Origin: Candidatus Latescibacterota bacterium
Lineage (GTDB): Bacteria; Latescibacterota; UBA2968; UBA8231
Length of the DNA stretch: 64,000 bases
Direction: 5' to 3'
NCBI GenBank assembly: GCA_965243025.1
Contig: CBDETY010000003.1
Coordinates: 2,400,001 to 2,464,000 of the forward strand
Below the pieces are notes generated by a model. The model was not told the DNA's origin and made no database searches. It worked only from the letters and a program-made list of their open reading frames with translations. Made by a program: the position numbers and the translations under genes. This document shows, one piece after another, positions 17,811 to 27,993 of the stretch. How positions within the stretch are numbered: the first letter of the stretch is position 1; every line of letters starts with the position of its first letter.

Positions 17811-18497
17811 ATGCAGTGTTTTTTTCTGGTCTTCTGCCTGGCCGCGCTGGCATTGCACTCGCCGCTTTTCGCCCAGAAGATTGAAGATGTCATTCACTTG
17901 AAAAATGGAGAAACGGTTCGCGGCACCATCATCGAGCAGATTCCGGGCGAATCGCTGAAGATACAAACTGCCGACGGCAGTGTTTTCGTCTATACCATAT
18001 ATGAGATCGCCGAAATAAGCAGGGAACCTGTGATGAAAATGGAAGAGGGGTTCATCAAGGCCAGGAAGAAAAATCCCTGGCTTGCCTCCGGCCTGTCATT
18101 GTTGATTCCGGGTACGGGGCAATTTTACAACGACCAACAGAAAAAGGGTTTGCCCCAACTTGGCGTTGCACTTGCGGGAGCAGGGCTTATGTGGTGGGCG
18201 GTGCGGGATAATTATGAAACTTGGGAGAGTTATGAAAACAACCCTTCCTGGAACCCGCTCGATTGGATCGATGAGAATGGAAACGACAAGCTGTTCTATC
18301 TCGGGACTCCCCTCTGGTTAGGCAGCCTGGTCTGGTCGGTGGTTGATGCAAACCGCTCGGCCAACCGGATCAACCAGGAAGGCGAACAACCTGATTTCGG
18401 TCATCTGCTGGAGTTGGGTACCGACCGGGTCACACTTGGAGTGGATCCCGTCTTCGGGCCCTACGGACCGGGTGGGAAACTGATACTTCATTTTTGA
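17811..18497 (+). CDS. Exported/membrane protein with a DVIHLKNG small beta domain and a TM2/DUF5683-like KxPWLAxxLSLLIPGxGQFYN segment
   Basis: RBS AGGAGA before ATG 17811, signal peptide, motifs as named. Confidence 0.7.
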   Translation: MQCFFLVFCLAALALHSPLFAQKIEDVIHLKNGETVRGTIIEQIPGESLKIQTADGSVFVYTIYEIAEISREPVMKMEEGFIKARKKNPWLASGLSLLIPGTGQFYNDQQKKGLPQLGVALAGAGLMWWAVRDNYETWESYENNPSWNPLDWIDENGNDKLFYLGTPLWLGSLVWSVVDANRSANRINQEGEQPDFGHLLELGTDRVTLGVDPVFGPYGPGGKLILHF

Positions 18498-18638
18498 TCT
18501 CCATTCAGGGGCGACTCTTCCATCCTGACCATGAGAGCGCAGGAAACCTCTTCATCTTTTTTCAGGAGCAGCCGGATTTGGAATGACTGACCGTCGATTG
18601 AAAATCCGTTTATCCAGTTACCCGCAAGGAGACAGTTT

Positions 18639-20528
18639 ATGAATTACTATGGTCTGATTTTGTTATTGGCCCTGAGCCTCGCCGCATGCAGAGGACCCCA
18701 GGGTCCCCCGGGCGGTGATGGCCAGATGGGCCCGATGGGCCCTACCGGCGACCAGGGTTCCCAGGGGGAAAAAGGAGAGCAGGGATCTCAAGGACCTCAA
18801 GGGGAAACGGGAGACCAGGGACCCCAGGGGGAAACTGGACCTCAGGGCCAACAGGGTTCCCAAGGGGAAAAAGGAGATCAGGGACCCCAAGGGCCTCAGG
18901 GGGAAACAGGACAGCAAGGACCTCAAGGAGAAACCGGGGAACAGGGACCTCGAGGACCCCAGGGGGAAACAGGACCTCAAGGGCCTCAAGGGGAAACTGG
19001 AGAACAGGGACCTCAAGGAACCCAGGGGGAAACAGGACAGCAAGGGCCTCAAGGAGAAACCGGGGAACAGGGATCTCAAGGACCCCAGGGGGAAACAGGA
19101 CAGCAAGGACCCCAAGGTGACCCAGGACCTGAGGGACCCCAGGGACCGGAGGGATCTCCAGGCGAGCAAGGACCTCCAGGTGACCCGGGACCTGAAGGAC
19201 CCCAGGGACCGGAGGGATCTCCAGGCGAGCAGGGACCTCCAGGTGACTCAGGACCTGAAGGACCCCAGGGACCGGAGGGACCTCCAGGGGAACAAGGACC
19301 TGAGGGACCTCAAGGGCCCGGCGGTGGCGAACAAGGGCCCCCGGGACCTCCCGGCCCCGAAGGGCCCCAGGGACCTCCTGGCGAACAAGGACCTGAAGGC
19401 GAGCGAGGACCGGAAGGACCTGAAGGACCCGAGGGACCTCAAGGCGAGCGAGGACCTGAAGGACTGGAGGGACCGGAAGGGCCAGAGGGGCCCCAGGGCG
19501 AGCGAGGGCCGGAAGGACCGGAAGGACCTCAAGGACCTGCAGGGTCCGGAGGCGGCCAAGGGGGGCAGGAACCTCCCGTCTTCGAGGCCACGGGGGACAG
19601 CGCCGCTCTGGTAGCGCTTTACTATGCGGCGGGTGGGGATGCCTGGACGCAAAAGTCCGGGTGGCTCAGCTCGGCTCCCATCAGCAGATGGTACGGAGTC
19701 ACTACCAACCCCAGCGGCCGCCAGGTACTTCGCCTGGACCTGTCAGAGAATGCGTTGTGGGGGCCAATTCCCCCCGAATTTGCCAACCTCCCCTACCTGG
19801 AATTCCTGGACCTCTCCGATAACGGTTTGCGGGAGGAAATTCCACCGGAACTGGCAAACCTGGAAAACCTGGAAGTTCTGAATCTTTCAAACAACGATTT
19901 GCAGGGGGAGATTCCGCCGGAACTGGCAAACCTCGAAAACCTGGAAATCCTCGGCCTGTTCGGCAACGATTTGCAGGGGGAAATTCCCCCGGAACTGGGA
20001 GACCTCAACAATTTGAAAGCACTGTCCCTGGGTTTCAACAGGTTGGAAGGAGAAATTCCACCGGAGCTGGCAAACCTCGAGAACCTGGAGTTCCTGAACC
20101 TGAGCAATAACCGGTTCGAGGGAATTCTGCCGGATTTTCTGGCGGATTTCCCCAACCTGGAAGACCTGTTTCTCGGTGGAAACACCCAACTGAATGGATG
20201 CTTGCCCGAAGGGGCGTCGGTGCCGTTCTGCACACAGCCAGGCAACCTCAATGCAAGGCGGGAAAACGGCACTACAGTCCTCACTTGGGATCCTGTGGAA
20301 GGGGCTACCCACTATAATATTTACTATGAGGATTTCTGGGGTGAATGCTCCGTGACTTCTGGTGGTGTAACCGGCAGCTTCGCGTGTGATTTAGTGGTTG
20401 CCGACATCTTTGAGACGACCTACACACACACCGTCAGGGAGGACGATGATGCAGAGTACTGGGTTGCTGCCTGTAACGACGACGGGTGCTCCCCGATATA
20501 CAGAACTGATTCGGGAGCCAGTCCTTAG
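18639..20528 (+). CDS. Collagen-like lipoprotein with plant-type LRR and FN3-like C-terminus
   Basis: Lipobox LSLAAC; roughly 90-95 Gly-X-Y triplets; DSAALVALY...WYGV cap; [12 protein letters not shown] LRRs; [15 protein letters not shown]. Confidence 0.9.
   Translation: MNYYGLILLLALSLAACRGPQGPPGGDGQMGPMGPTGDQGSQGEKGEQGSQGPQGETGDQGPQGETGPQGQQGSQGEKGDQGPQGPQGETGQQGPQGETGEQGPRGPQGETGPQGPQGETGEQGPQGTQGETGQQGPQGETGEQGSQGPQGETGQQGPQGDPGPEGPQGPEGSPGEQGPPGDPGPEGPQGPEGSPGEQGPPGDSGPEGPQGPEGPPGEQGPEGPQGPGGGEQGPPGPPGPEGPQGPPGEQGPEGERGPEGPEGPEGPQGERGPEGLEGPEGPEGPQGERGPEGPEGPQGPAGSGGGQGGQEPPVFEATGDSAALVALYYAAGGDAWTQKSGWLSSAPISRWYGVTTNPSGRQVLRLDLSENALWGPIPPEFANLPYLEFLDLSDNGLREEIPPELANLENLEVLNLSNNDLQGEIPPELANLENLEILGLFGNDLQGEIPPELGDLNNLKALSLGFNRLEGEIPPELANLENLEFLNLSNNRFEGILPDFLADFPNLEDLFLGGNTQLNGCLPEGASVPFCTQPGNLNARRENGTTVLTWDPVEGATHYNIYYEDFWGECSVTSGGVTGSFACDLVVADIFETTYTHTVREDDDAEYWVAACNDDGCSPIYRTDSGASP
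18693..19550 (+). repeat. Gly-X-Y coding tandem repeat (9-bp units with higher-order 63-bp blocks)
   Basis: Repeated GGACCTCAA/GGGGAAACA units; 7-triplet blocks [21 protein letters not shown] and [21 protein letters not shown]. Confidence 0.9.
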
Positions 20529-20748
20529 GATTTCTTTGGAGAAAAAGGGGCGTCTCGTCCGAACGATATCGCAGGCCCAATCACCAAAATTTGCCGGATG
20601 AGAACGCCTCTTCCCTGTTGGACCGATTTCGCATAACCCTCACCCGGGGTTTGTGAAACCACGTGATGAAACCAAACATGGATTCCAACCGAACTTCCAG
20701 GGAGACCTTTTCATCAGGTACTCCTTGCACCGGAAAGGAGGAAAGGCA

Positions 20749-21876
20749 ATGAATTACCTTGTCATTTCTTCGTTGATTGTTTTCGCCCTCGCCGCCTGCG
20801 AAGGGCCTCCGGGACCGATGGGCCCTCAAGGGCCCATGGGCGAGCAGGGTCCGTCAGGGCCACAGGGTCCTCAAGGGCCTGAGGGACCACAGGGAGAAGG
20901 TGAACAAGGACCTCCAGGGCCCCAGGGACCCCCGGGACCGCAAGGGCCTTCTGGATCCCCGGTGGAAACCGGTGAACAGGGACCTTCGGCCTCCCCTGCC
21001 ATGTCGGACAGCACCGTGCTGGTTGCGTTCTACCACGCCACGGGCGGAGAAAGCTGGAAGGACAACACCAACTGGTTGGGTGAGGCCCCCATCAGTGAAT
21101 GGTACGGTGTCACCACCAACCCGGGCGGCCGCTACGTAACCCGGCTCGATCTTTCGCAGAACGGGTTGTGGGGAACGATCCCGGCTGAACTGGGAAACCT
21201 CCCTTACCTCGAACTCCTCAGCCTGCACAGCAACGAGCTCCGGGGGGAGGTTCCGGCGGAACTGGCCAACCTTGCCAACCTGGAAATCCTGGGCCTGGAG
21301 AACAACAGGCTGCAGGGGGAAGTCCCGTCGGGATTGGGCCAGCTTGACAACCTGCTCGCGCTGGCCCTGGGGAACAACAAGCTGCAGGGAGAGATTCCAG
21401 CGGAACTGGGAAACCTCGACAACCTGGAGTACCTGAGCCTCAACAACAACCGGTTGGAAGGAGTGGTCCCGTCCGAACTTGCCGACCTCAAATACCTGCA
21501 ATCCCTGTTTCTCGACGGAAACAACCAACTGAACGGATGCCTGCCCGAGGGGGCTTCGATCTCTTACTGCACAAGCCCTGGAACCCAGCGATTCAGATGG
21601 GAGGAGGAAACGATAGTCATCAGCTGGGAACCCGTGGAAAGGGCGACCCACTACAATATCTACTGGGACGATTTCTTCACATCCTGCCGTCTGGAGCAAA
21701 GCGGTGAACCGAGCTGGTGCGAGGAACTTGCAAAAAAGGTTTCCGGGACGACCTACGTTCATACCGATCCACCGGAACCAGGCCTGTTCGACATCAACTA
21801 CTGGATCACTGCCTGCAACGGCGATGGTTGCTCGAAGATCGACACTGAAAACCCGGCCAGGTCTTCGAACCAGTAG
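20749..21876 (+). CDS. Short collagen-like lipoprotein with LRR and FN3-like domain (paralog of 18639..20528)
   Basis: RBS AGGAGG, ATG 20749, lipobox FALAAC, short Gly-X-Y run, same LRR cap, GATHYNIY-like motif. Confidence 0.88.
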   Translation: MNYLVISSLIVFALAACEGPPGPMGPQGPMGEQGPSGPQGPQGPEGPQGEGEQGPPGPQGPPGPQGPSGSPVETGEQGPSASPAMSDSTVLVAFYHATGGESWKDNTNWLGEAPISEWYGVTTNPGGRYVTRLDLSQNGLWGTIPAELGNLPYLELLSLHSNELRGEVPAELANLANLEILGLENNRLQGEVPSGLGQLDNLLALALGNNKLQGEIPAELGNLDNLEYLSLNNNRLEGVVPSELADLKYLQSLFLDGNNQLNGCLPEGASISYCTSPGTQRFRWEEETIVISWEPVERATHYNIYWDDFFTSCRLEQSGEPSWCEELAKKVSGTTYVHTDPPEPGLFDINYWITACNGDGCSKIDTENPARSSNQ

Positions 21877-21937
21877 AAAACAAACTTTCAAGAAGGTGCA
21901 TCGGAAAACCAGCCCTTCATCTGAAAGGAAGGATGCA

Positions 21938-22888
21938 ATGAAATATCCGGCGTTTTTCTTGTTACTCGCTTTTGCCTTCTCTGCATGCACCGGCCCCCGG
22001 GGGGAACAGGGTCCGATGGGACCTCAAGGTCCCCAAGGAGAAAAGGGAGAACCAGGACCAGCCGGGCCAGAAGGACCGGCGGGGGCACAAGGGGAAACGG
22101 GGGGACAGGGACCCCAGGGAGAACCTGGCCCAGCCGGTTCGAACAATGGAGGATCCGCGCAGAGCATGCTGTACTGGACCGACACCGGCGCGGGCAAGAT
22201 TCACCGCGCAAACCTCGACGGTTCCGAAGTTGAAACCATCGTCTCCGGATTGGAAGATCCGGAGGGCATTGCCCTCGACGCGGAGGCAGGCAAGGTCTAC
22301 TGGACGGAACAGGAGAGCGTTAAACGGGCAAACCTCGATGGCTCCCAGGTCGAAAGCCTCGGAACCGTATCGGGCAGCGACATCGCTTTGGACGTGGCTG
22401 GCGGCAGGTCGTACCTGGGGAACTGGAAAGAAACAATCTACCGCACGGGCCTCGGCGGCTCCCCGGTCGAAACCCTTCTCACCGATGCCGGTGCATCAGA
22501 GGTCATCGCCCTGGATCTGAGAAAGGGCAAGATGTACTGGGCAGGCTGGAGGGGAGAAGAAATCAGGCGGGCAAACCTCGACGGGTCCGAGGACGAAACC
22601 ATCATCACCGGGGCGGCGCGTGTGTACGACCTTGCCATCGACGAGGGCGGAGGCAAGATATACTCCGCAGGGTGGGACGGGATTCTTCGAGCCAACCTCG
22701 ATGGATCCCAGGTCGAAACCTTTTTCCCCGGAAGTTTCAAGGGCGTTGCCCTCGACGTGGGCGGTGGCAAGATATACTGGACGGATTGGATTGAAGGCAA
22801 CATTCAGCGGGGCAATTTCGATGGCTCCCAGGTAGAAACAATCGTCTCCGGACTGGATGAACCTCACGATGTCGCTTTGGGTCCCTGA
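21938..22888 (+). CDS. Short collagen-like lipoprotein with YWTD beta-propeller
   Basis: RBS AGGAAGG, ATG 21938, lipobox FAFSAC, Gly-X-Y run, then LYWTD...RANLDGS repeats. Confidence 0.88.
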   Translation: MKYPAFFLLLAFAFSACTGPRGEQGPMGPQGPQGEKGEPGPAGPEGPAGAQGETGGQGPQGEPGPAGSNNGGSAQSMLYWTDTGAGKIHRANLDGSEVETIVSGLEDPEGIALDAEAGKVYWTEQESVKRANLDGSQVESLGTVSGSDIALDVAGGRSYLGNWKETIYRTGLGGSPVETLLTDAGASEVIALDLRKGKMYWAGWRGEEIRRANLDGSEDETIITGAARVYDLAIDEGGGKIYSAGWDGILRANLDGSQVETFFPGSFKGVALDVGGGKIYWTDWIEGNIQRGNFDGSQVETIVSGLDEPHDVALGP

Positions 22889-22979
22889 ACCCGGCATGAG
22901 CGGGAATAACCAGGAATGCTGCAGGTGAACCCAGGCCGTTTGCGAATTTTCCGACGGCAATCCTGAACCCTGTGGAATC

Positions 22980-24554
22980 ATGAGAAAGCAGCTCATCTTC
23001 CCAATCTTTGTTGCAGTAGCCGCTTTGAGCTGTTTCCCGAGGTACCTCGGGGCCCGGACAGATGTCGATGTCCTCTCCGAAAGCATCGTCCGTGTTCGGG
23101 CGTACGACAATAACCAGGTTGCCGTCGAGGGAGCCGGGTTTGTCGTCAACGAAATGGGACATGTCCTTACGAATGCCCATCTCATTGAGAAAGCGGAGAG
23201 AGTAACGGTATTGTCCCTGAAAACGGACGCCGAGGCAATTCCCGGGCAGGTGTTCGCAGACCGGGAAACAAACCTCGCCCTTTTGCAAACAGAGAATTTG
23301 AACCTCCCCCACCTCAGGCTGTCCGAAAGGGCAGCCGGTGCAGGCCAAACCGTCCGGACGCTGCGCTTCGGCGTCATGGGGGACGTCTCGCTTTCCCAGG
23401 GAACCGTAAGCGCCTGGGAAACCATTTTCGAAAAGAAGGCAGGACGGCCCGTCGGGCGCCTGCTGCAACACAATGCCTTGATAACAGGAAAAGCCTTCGG
23501 CACGCCCTTGTTCAACGAATGCGGAGACGTGGTGGCAATCAACATGCCGAACCCACGCGGCGAGCCTTGGCCGTTTCGAACAGCGAAGCCGAAAGGAGCG
23601 GTTTTTGCCTTGAGCAGCAAAGACATGGTGGCTGCTCTCGACGACCGGAAAATCCCGCATCAGGCGGTAAATACTGAATGCCTGGGTGCACTCGAGCGGG
23701 CCGAACGCGACAAACTGGCCACCGAGGACAGCCTGAAACTGGCAAGGGCGGAAGCCGACTCGGCGATAAAGGCCGCATCAGAAGCCGGGGAGAAGGAGAA
23801 GGCGGCCCGGCAAGAGGCTGAAAGGGTTATAGCCCGGGCGGACGCTGCAAAAAGGGCCGCTGCCCGGAGCATTCAGGCTGCCAGAGCCCAGGCGGAGAGT
23901 CTGAAAAGAGCGACAACGCGGGCGGTCACCGCGGTAAAAGCTGCGCCCGATGGCCCGCAGGCTTCCAAGGTTCAAACGGACAGCCTGGAGACAGGGAAAG
24001 CGTTCCCCGATGCGGCGACTGATGAGATCTCCGGCAGCAGCGAACAACCTGCCCGGGAGATCCCGCTGAGCTTGAAGTGGGGAATTCCAATCGGGGGAGC
24101 CGTTGTGTTGCTCACCCTGCTCGGCTGGTTGCTTGCTACCCACCGTAGAAAGGAACAGCTGCGAAGCGCCGAGTCCCGTTTGAGCGCAGCGCACCAGGCT
24201 GCGGCGGCCGCACCGAAGCCGGCGCCTTTCAGATGCCTGCTGGAAGGCCGGGACAGCTCCGGCCGGGAATTCGCATTGACCATATCGGCCCTGGCGCTGG
24301 GTGATCCGGCCGGTGTAACGCTTGGGAGGAGTCCGGCGAATGCCGATTTCGTCGTCGATCACGATGAAGTCTCCCGCGAACACGTCCGCCTCAGGTGCAC
24401 TGGCCCCACCCTCTACGCGGAGGATTTGAACGCCCTGAACGGGACCAGGGTAAATGGCCGTTTGCTGAATCAGGAGGAAAGGGTGCCCCTGCAAAACGGG
24501 GATCGGCTCGAGACAGGCCCGATTGTTTTCTCCGTGCTCCTGGTCCAGGAGTGA
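22980..24554 (+). CDS. Membrane protein: trypsin-like (S1C) domain with degenerate triad, coiled coil, TM helix, FHA domain
   Basis: GAGFVV...VLTNAHLI, ETNLALL, HNALITGKAFGTPLFNECGDVVAIN; TM WGIPIGGAVVLLTLLGWLLA; FHA motifs LGRS...VSREH...DLNALNGTRVNG. Confidence 0.85.
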   Translation: MRKQLIFPIFVAVAALSCFPRYLGARTDVDVLSESIVRVRAYDNNQVAVEGAGFVVNEMGHVLTNAHLIEKAERVTVLSLKTDAEAIPGQVFADRETNLALLQTENLNLPHLRLSERAAGAGQTVRTLRFGVMGDVSLSQGTVSAWETIFEKKAGRPVGRLLQHNALITGKAFGTPLFNECGDVVAINMPNPRGEPWPFRTAKPKGAVFALSSKDMVAALDDRKIPHQAVNTECLGALERAERDKLATEDSLKLARAEADSAIKAASEAGEKEKAARQEAERVIARADAAKRAAARSIQAARAQAESLKRATTRAVTAVKAAPDGPQASKVQTDSLETGKAFPDAATDEISGSSEQPAREIPLSLKWGIPIGGAVVLLTLLGWLLATHRRKEQLRSAESRLSAAHQAAAAAPKPAPFRCLLEGRDSSGREFALTISALALGDPAGVTLGRSPANADFVVDHDEVSREHVRLRCTGPTLYAEDLNALNGTRVNGRLLNQEERVPLQNGDRLETGPIVFSVLLVQE

Positions 24555-24560
24555 GTTGAA

Positions 24561-25511
24561 ATGAAAAGACGCAGACCCGAACTGACGATTTTCAGTATGT
24601 CCGCGCTCGATCTGCTCGCATCGGCCCTCGGTGCTTTCATCCTGATAACCGTAGTGCTTATCCCCCTGTTCCCGAACCTGGAAATCCTGGGTCAGGTGAG
24701 GGGCGAGTTGGCCCAGAAAAAAACCGAGTTGGAACAGACCAGGGAAGATCTCGACCTGGCAATGGCCGAATTGGACCGGAAGAAATCCGAATTCCAGTTG
24801 GACAAGGAGAAATCGGAGCGGGAAAGGACTCAACTGGAGCAGAAGAACGTCGAGCTGAAACGGGAAAAGGCCGGACTCGAGCAGAAAAAGGCATTGGCCC
24901 GGCAGACCAGAACCGAACTTGTAGAACAGATCCAGGCGTTACAACAAAAGATTGACGACACCAGTGTCCTGCTCGGCATAAGGACAATCGCCAGGAAATT
25001 CGTTTTCGTCATCGATATGTCGGGCAGCATTTACCACCCCGGGGAGCACGACTACCGCCAGTTCATAAGGCTGTCCATACAAGACATGCTCGCTTCCTTC
25101 AAATCCGAAATAGAAGTCTGCCTGATCGGTTTTCAGACTCCTGAACGGGGAACAACCTTGCATTTCTGGCCCGAGAACAAGGAATACTTCCAGGTCGGGA
25201 AGGATGCACATGATCAACTGATTGAAAAGGTAAACGACTGGATGGGAATGGTAGACGGCGTCACCCCTACCCGGGCGGCGTTGCTGGAGGCCATTGCCCT
25301 GCAACCTGAGGAAATCATCCTTCTGAGCGACGGGGCTCCCTCGGAGGACTGGCGCACGGTGGTGCGAGCCGTAACCGCCGAAAACAGGCAGAGAATACCC
25401 ATACACGCAGTAGCCGTGGGAAATTACACCGCGGACCGGAAGTTCATTGATTTCCTCGTGAATCTGACAAAGCAGAACAACGGGTACGTGGTGGGAGCAA
25501 AACCGGGCTGA
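24561..25511 (+). CDS. MotB/ExbD-like single-TM protein with coiled coil and vWA domain
   Basis: Basic N-terminus, TM with Asp (SALDLLASALGAFILI), coiled coil, MIDAS motifs FVIDMSGS, GVTPT and ILLSDGAP, then IPIHAVAVG. Confidence 0.8.
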   Translation: MKRRRPELTIFSMSALDLLASALGAFILITVVLIPLFPNLEILGQVRGELAQKKTELEQTREDLDLAMAELDRKKSEFQLDKEKSERERTQLEQKNVELKREKAGLEQKKALARQTRTELVEQIQALQQKIDDTSVLLGIRTIARKFVFVIDMSGSIYHPGEHDYRQFIRLSIQDMLASFKSEIEVCLIGFQTPERGTTLHFWPENKEYFQVGKDAHDQLIEKVNDWMGMVDGVTPTRAALLEAIALQPEEIILLSDGAPSEDWRTVVRAVTAENRQRIPIHAVAVGNYTADRKFIDFLVNLTKQNNGYVVGAKPG

Positions 25512-25537
25512 CATGTACGGCTGAGAGGAGAAGGAGA

Positions 25538-26338
25538 ATGGCGGAATCCAACATGGTAAAACCCAGAAGCATCAACAGGGACCAACGACTGATCGCCAGC
25601 GTCGTCAGTCTGGCCGGGGGCATTTTTTACATAGCTGTCCTGAGCTTTGTTTTCGATCATCCCGATTCCATCGCGGGCGACTTCCTGCTGGATCGCAACT
25701 CCAGAAACTTCACCTACCCGTTCACCATCCAGAACCTCATGTGGCTGTTGTTCTGGTTCGGGTGCGGCGAACTGTTTGTGCGGTTCAACCAGGCCAAGCT
25801 CGAAATGGAGCAGATTTCCAAAGGTTATCTGCCGGAAGGTGACGAGGTAATGCTTCAGGCCCACGAATTGGGGCCCTTGCACCAGAAATCCATGCCCGTC
25901 GCCAGGGAACGGACCTTTTTCCTGCCGCGTCTGATCGTGCGCTGCATCCTGCAATTCCAGGGAAGCCGCTCCGTCAACCAGGCCAACTCCCTGCTCAATT
26001 CCTCCCTCGAGTTGTTCCAGCACGAGCTCGACCTCAAATACTCGATGCTGCGCTACCTCGTCTGGCTCATTCCGACGATGGGTTTTGTGGGCACTGTTCT
26101 CGGCATCGCCTTGTCCCTGGACTACGCGGCGAAAATCGTGGACCCCCATGACCCGGACTTGCTGCGCCAGATCACCGGGCGGCTCGGGGTCGCCTTCTAC
26201 ACCACCCTGCTTGCCCTGGTCCAGTCCATTCTTCTGGTGTTTGCGCTCCACATTGCCCAAAACCGGGAGGAAATGGCCCTGAACCTGTCCGGGCAGTACT
26301 GCCTGGACAACCTGATCAACCGCCTCTACGAAAAGTAA
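25538..26338 (+). CDS. MotA/TolQ/ExbB proton-channel family protein
   Basis: IPTMGFVGTVLGI and LGVAFYTTLLAL motifs; four TM segments. Confidence 0.88.
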   Translation: MAESNMVKPRSINRDQRLIASVVSLAGGIFYIAVLSFVFDHPDSIAGDFLLDRNSRNFTYPFTIQNLMWLLFWFGCGELFVRFNQAKLEMEQISKGYLPEGDEVMLQAHELGPLHQKSMPVARERTFFLPRLIVRCILQFQGSRSVNQANSLLNSSLELFQHELDLKYSMLRYLVWLIPTMGFVGTVLGIALSLDYAAKIVDPHDPDLLRQITGRLGVAFYTTLLALVQSILLVFALHIAQNREEMALNLSGQYCLDNLINRLYEK

Positions 26339-26391
26339 ATCTCCTTCGAGAAACTCCGCGTCTCAGGGAACCCCAAGGAAGGAAGGGAACC

Positions 26392-27045
26392 ATGCCGGTT
26401 TTTCGCCGCCCCGATGGAAACATAACCGAGAAAAAAACCGGGAAATCAGAGAAGGATTCCCCGCCGCCCGACCAGGCCAACAGGCCGCTGCCGCCGGCAT
26501 CTCAGGAAGGGGGTCAAGCCGCTCCCCCCGGTCGTTTCGATGCTGCCACCAAGCGGATGGAGACAGACCCTTCACCACCCCGCCCTGGAGATGACGAGAA
26601 AACACGGCTGGTCGGTGGACGGGCGCCGCGGTCAGACAAAGGGGTCGTCCAGGAAAGCGCCGCGGAAAGCCGCGGGATGGACGATCCGGTCGTTGGATGG
26701 CTGGTGATCGTCGAGGGGCCGGGAAAGGGCCGGGCGGTGCAACTGGGGTATGGATCCAATTCCCTCGGGCGCGGCGCAACCGACCGCGTCAAGCTCGATT
26801 TCGGCGACGACCAGATTTCCCGGAATGGCCATGCGGTGGTCACCTACGACCCCCGCGGCCGGAAGTTCTACGTGCAGCACGGGGGCGGCACCAACCTGAC
26901 GTATCTCGGCGATCAGCCGGTCTTGACTCCGGCAGAGTTGCCGCCAATGGGCCGGATCGGAATCGGGAATACCGTTCTCCGGTTCGTGCCCTTCTGCGGT
27001 ACGGAGTTCGACTGGCAGGACTCGGAAGAAAGCGAAGACGCTTGA
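26392..27045 (+). CDS. FHA-domain protein with Pro-rich N-terminus
   Basis: PVVGWLVIVEGPGKG...SLGRG...DDQISRNGHA...GGTNLTYL; candidate phospho-Thr motifs ATKRM and EKTRLV in the disordered part. Confidence 0.85.
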   Translation: MPVFRRPDGNITEKKTGKSEKDSPPPDQANRPLPPASQEGGQAAPPGRFDAATKRMETDPSPPRPGDDEKTRLVGGRAPRSDKGVVQESAAESRGMDDPVVGWLVIVEGPGKGRAVQLGYGSNSLGRGATDRVKLDFGDDQISRNGHAVVTYDPRGRKFYVQHGGGTNLTYLGDQPVLTPAELPPMGRIGIGNTVLRFVPFCGTEFDWQDSEESEDA

Positions 27046-27920
27046 GCGAAAGCGGTCGCTGTGCCGCGGGGCAAATCCGCGGCAAACGGAGCTGCCAGGA
27101 AGACGACTACGGCTTCGTCGATGCACGCGCCCTCGGAACAGACCGTAACGAACACTCCCTGTTACTGGTGGCCGACGGCATGGGCGGCCACGCCGGCGGC
27201 GCCACTGCCAGCGGTCTTCTGAGAAAGACCTTTGTCGAGGCCTACCCGCGGGCTTCCGGGCCGATCGTCCATCGCCTTCAAGGTTGTCTCCAATCGGCCA
27301 ATGCAGCCATGGCGGACGCCGTTGACCAGAATCCCGAGCTGGCCGGCATGGGTTCCACCCTGGTCGCGGCCGTCGTCTCCGCCGGGGGCCTGAACTGGAT
27401 CAGCGTCGGGGATTCCCCGTTGTGGTTGTTCCGCAAGGGCGCGCTGGAGCGGTTGAACGCAGACCACTCCATGGCACCGGTCCTCGCCGACCTCGTTTCC
27501 ACCGGGCGGATGACCGAAGAGGACGCCGCCCGGGATCCCGCCCGGCATTCGCTCAGGTCCGCGGTCACGGGCGAGGACATACATCTGGTTGACATATCGC
27601 CGCAACCGGTTCCCGTGGAGAATGGCGACCGGCTGCTGTTGGCCAGCGACGGGTTGATGACCCTCGGAGACCGGGAGATCTCCGGTATCCTTGCCGAAAC
27701 GCAGGAGGCGCCGTTGGAGGACAGCGCCGCGGCCCTTATCCAGGCAGTGGAAGCCGCGAGCAATCCCCGCCAGGACAACACCACTCTTCTGTTGTACGCC
27801 CCCGCCGGAGGCACCCAACCCCCCGGGGCCGATGTGGCCGGGTCGGAAGCCGACCGGGGCATTCCCCGCCTGAAACGCTGGGCGAGACTGTTTGGCAGAT
27901 CCGCAGGACGGAAACAGTAG
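27042..27920 (+). CDS. PP2C/PPM-family Ser/Thr protein phosphatase
   Basis: RSCQEDD, VADGMGGHAGG, GSTL, VGDSP, DHS, LLASDGL, QDNTT; probable TTG start overlapping the FHA stop (TTGA). Confidence 0.92.
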   Translation: MSESGRCAAGQIRGKRSCQEDDYGFVDARALGTDRNEHSLLLVADGMGGHAGGATASGLLRKTFVEAYPRASGPIVHRLQGCLQSANAAMADAVDQNPELAGMGSTLVAAVVSAGGLNWISVGDSPLWLFRKGALERLNADHSMAPVLADLVSTGRMTEEDAARDPARHSLRSAVTGEDIHLVDISPQPVPVENGDRLLLASDGLMTLGDREISGILAETQEAPLEDSAAALIQAVEAASNPRQDNTTLLLYAPAGGTQPPGADVAGSEADRGIPRLKRWARLFGRSAGRKQ

Positions 27921-27993
27921 GGGGTCAGCCGGGAGGCCGGGGAAGCAGAAAAGGTGCCTTGGCGGCCCTGCGATACACACACGGTCCGGTCTG

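Noticed and set aside
22890-22911. REP-like fragment CCCGGCATGAGCGGGAATAAC
   Set aside because: Single degenerate half-copy; no partner repeat or RAYT transposase in the window.
24561-26338. Canonical Zorya (zorAB) or flagellar motAB
   Set aside because: The A subunit lacks the long ZorA tail, the B subunit has vWA rather than OmpA, and no zorC/D/E or flagellar genes are adjacent.
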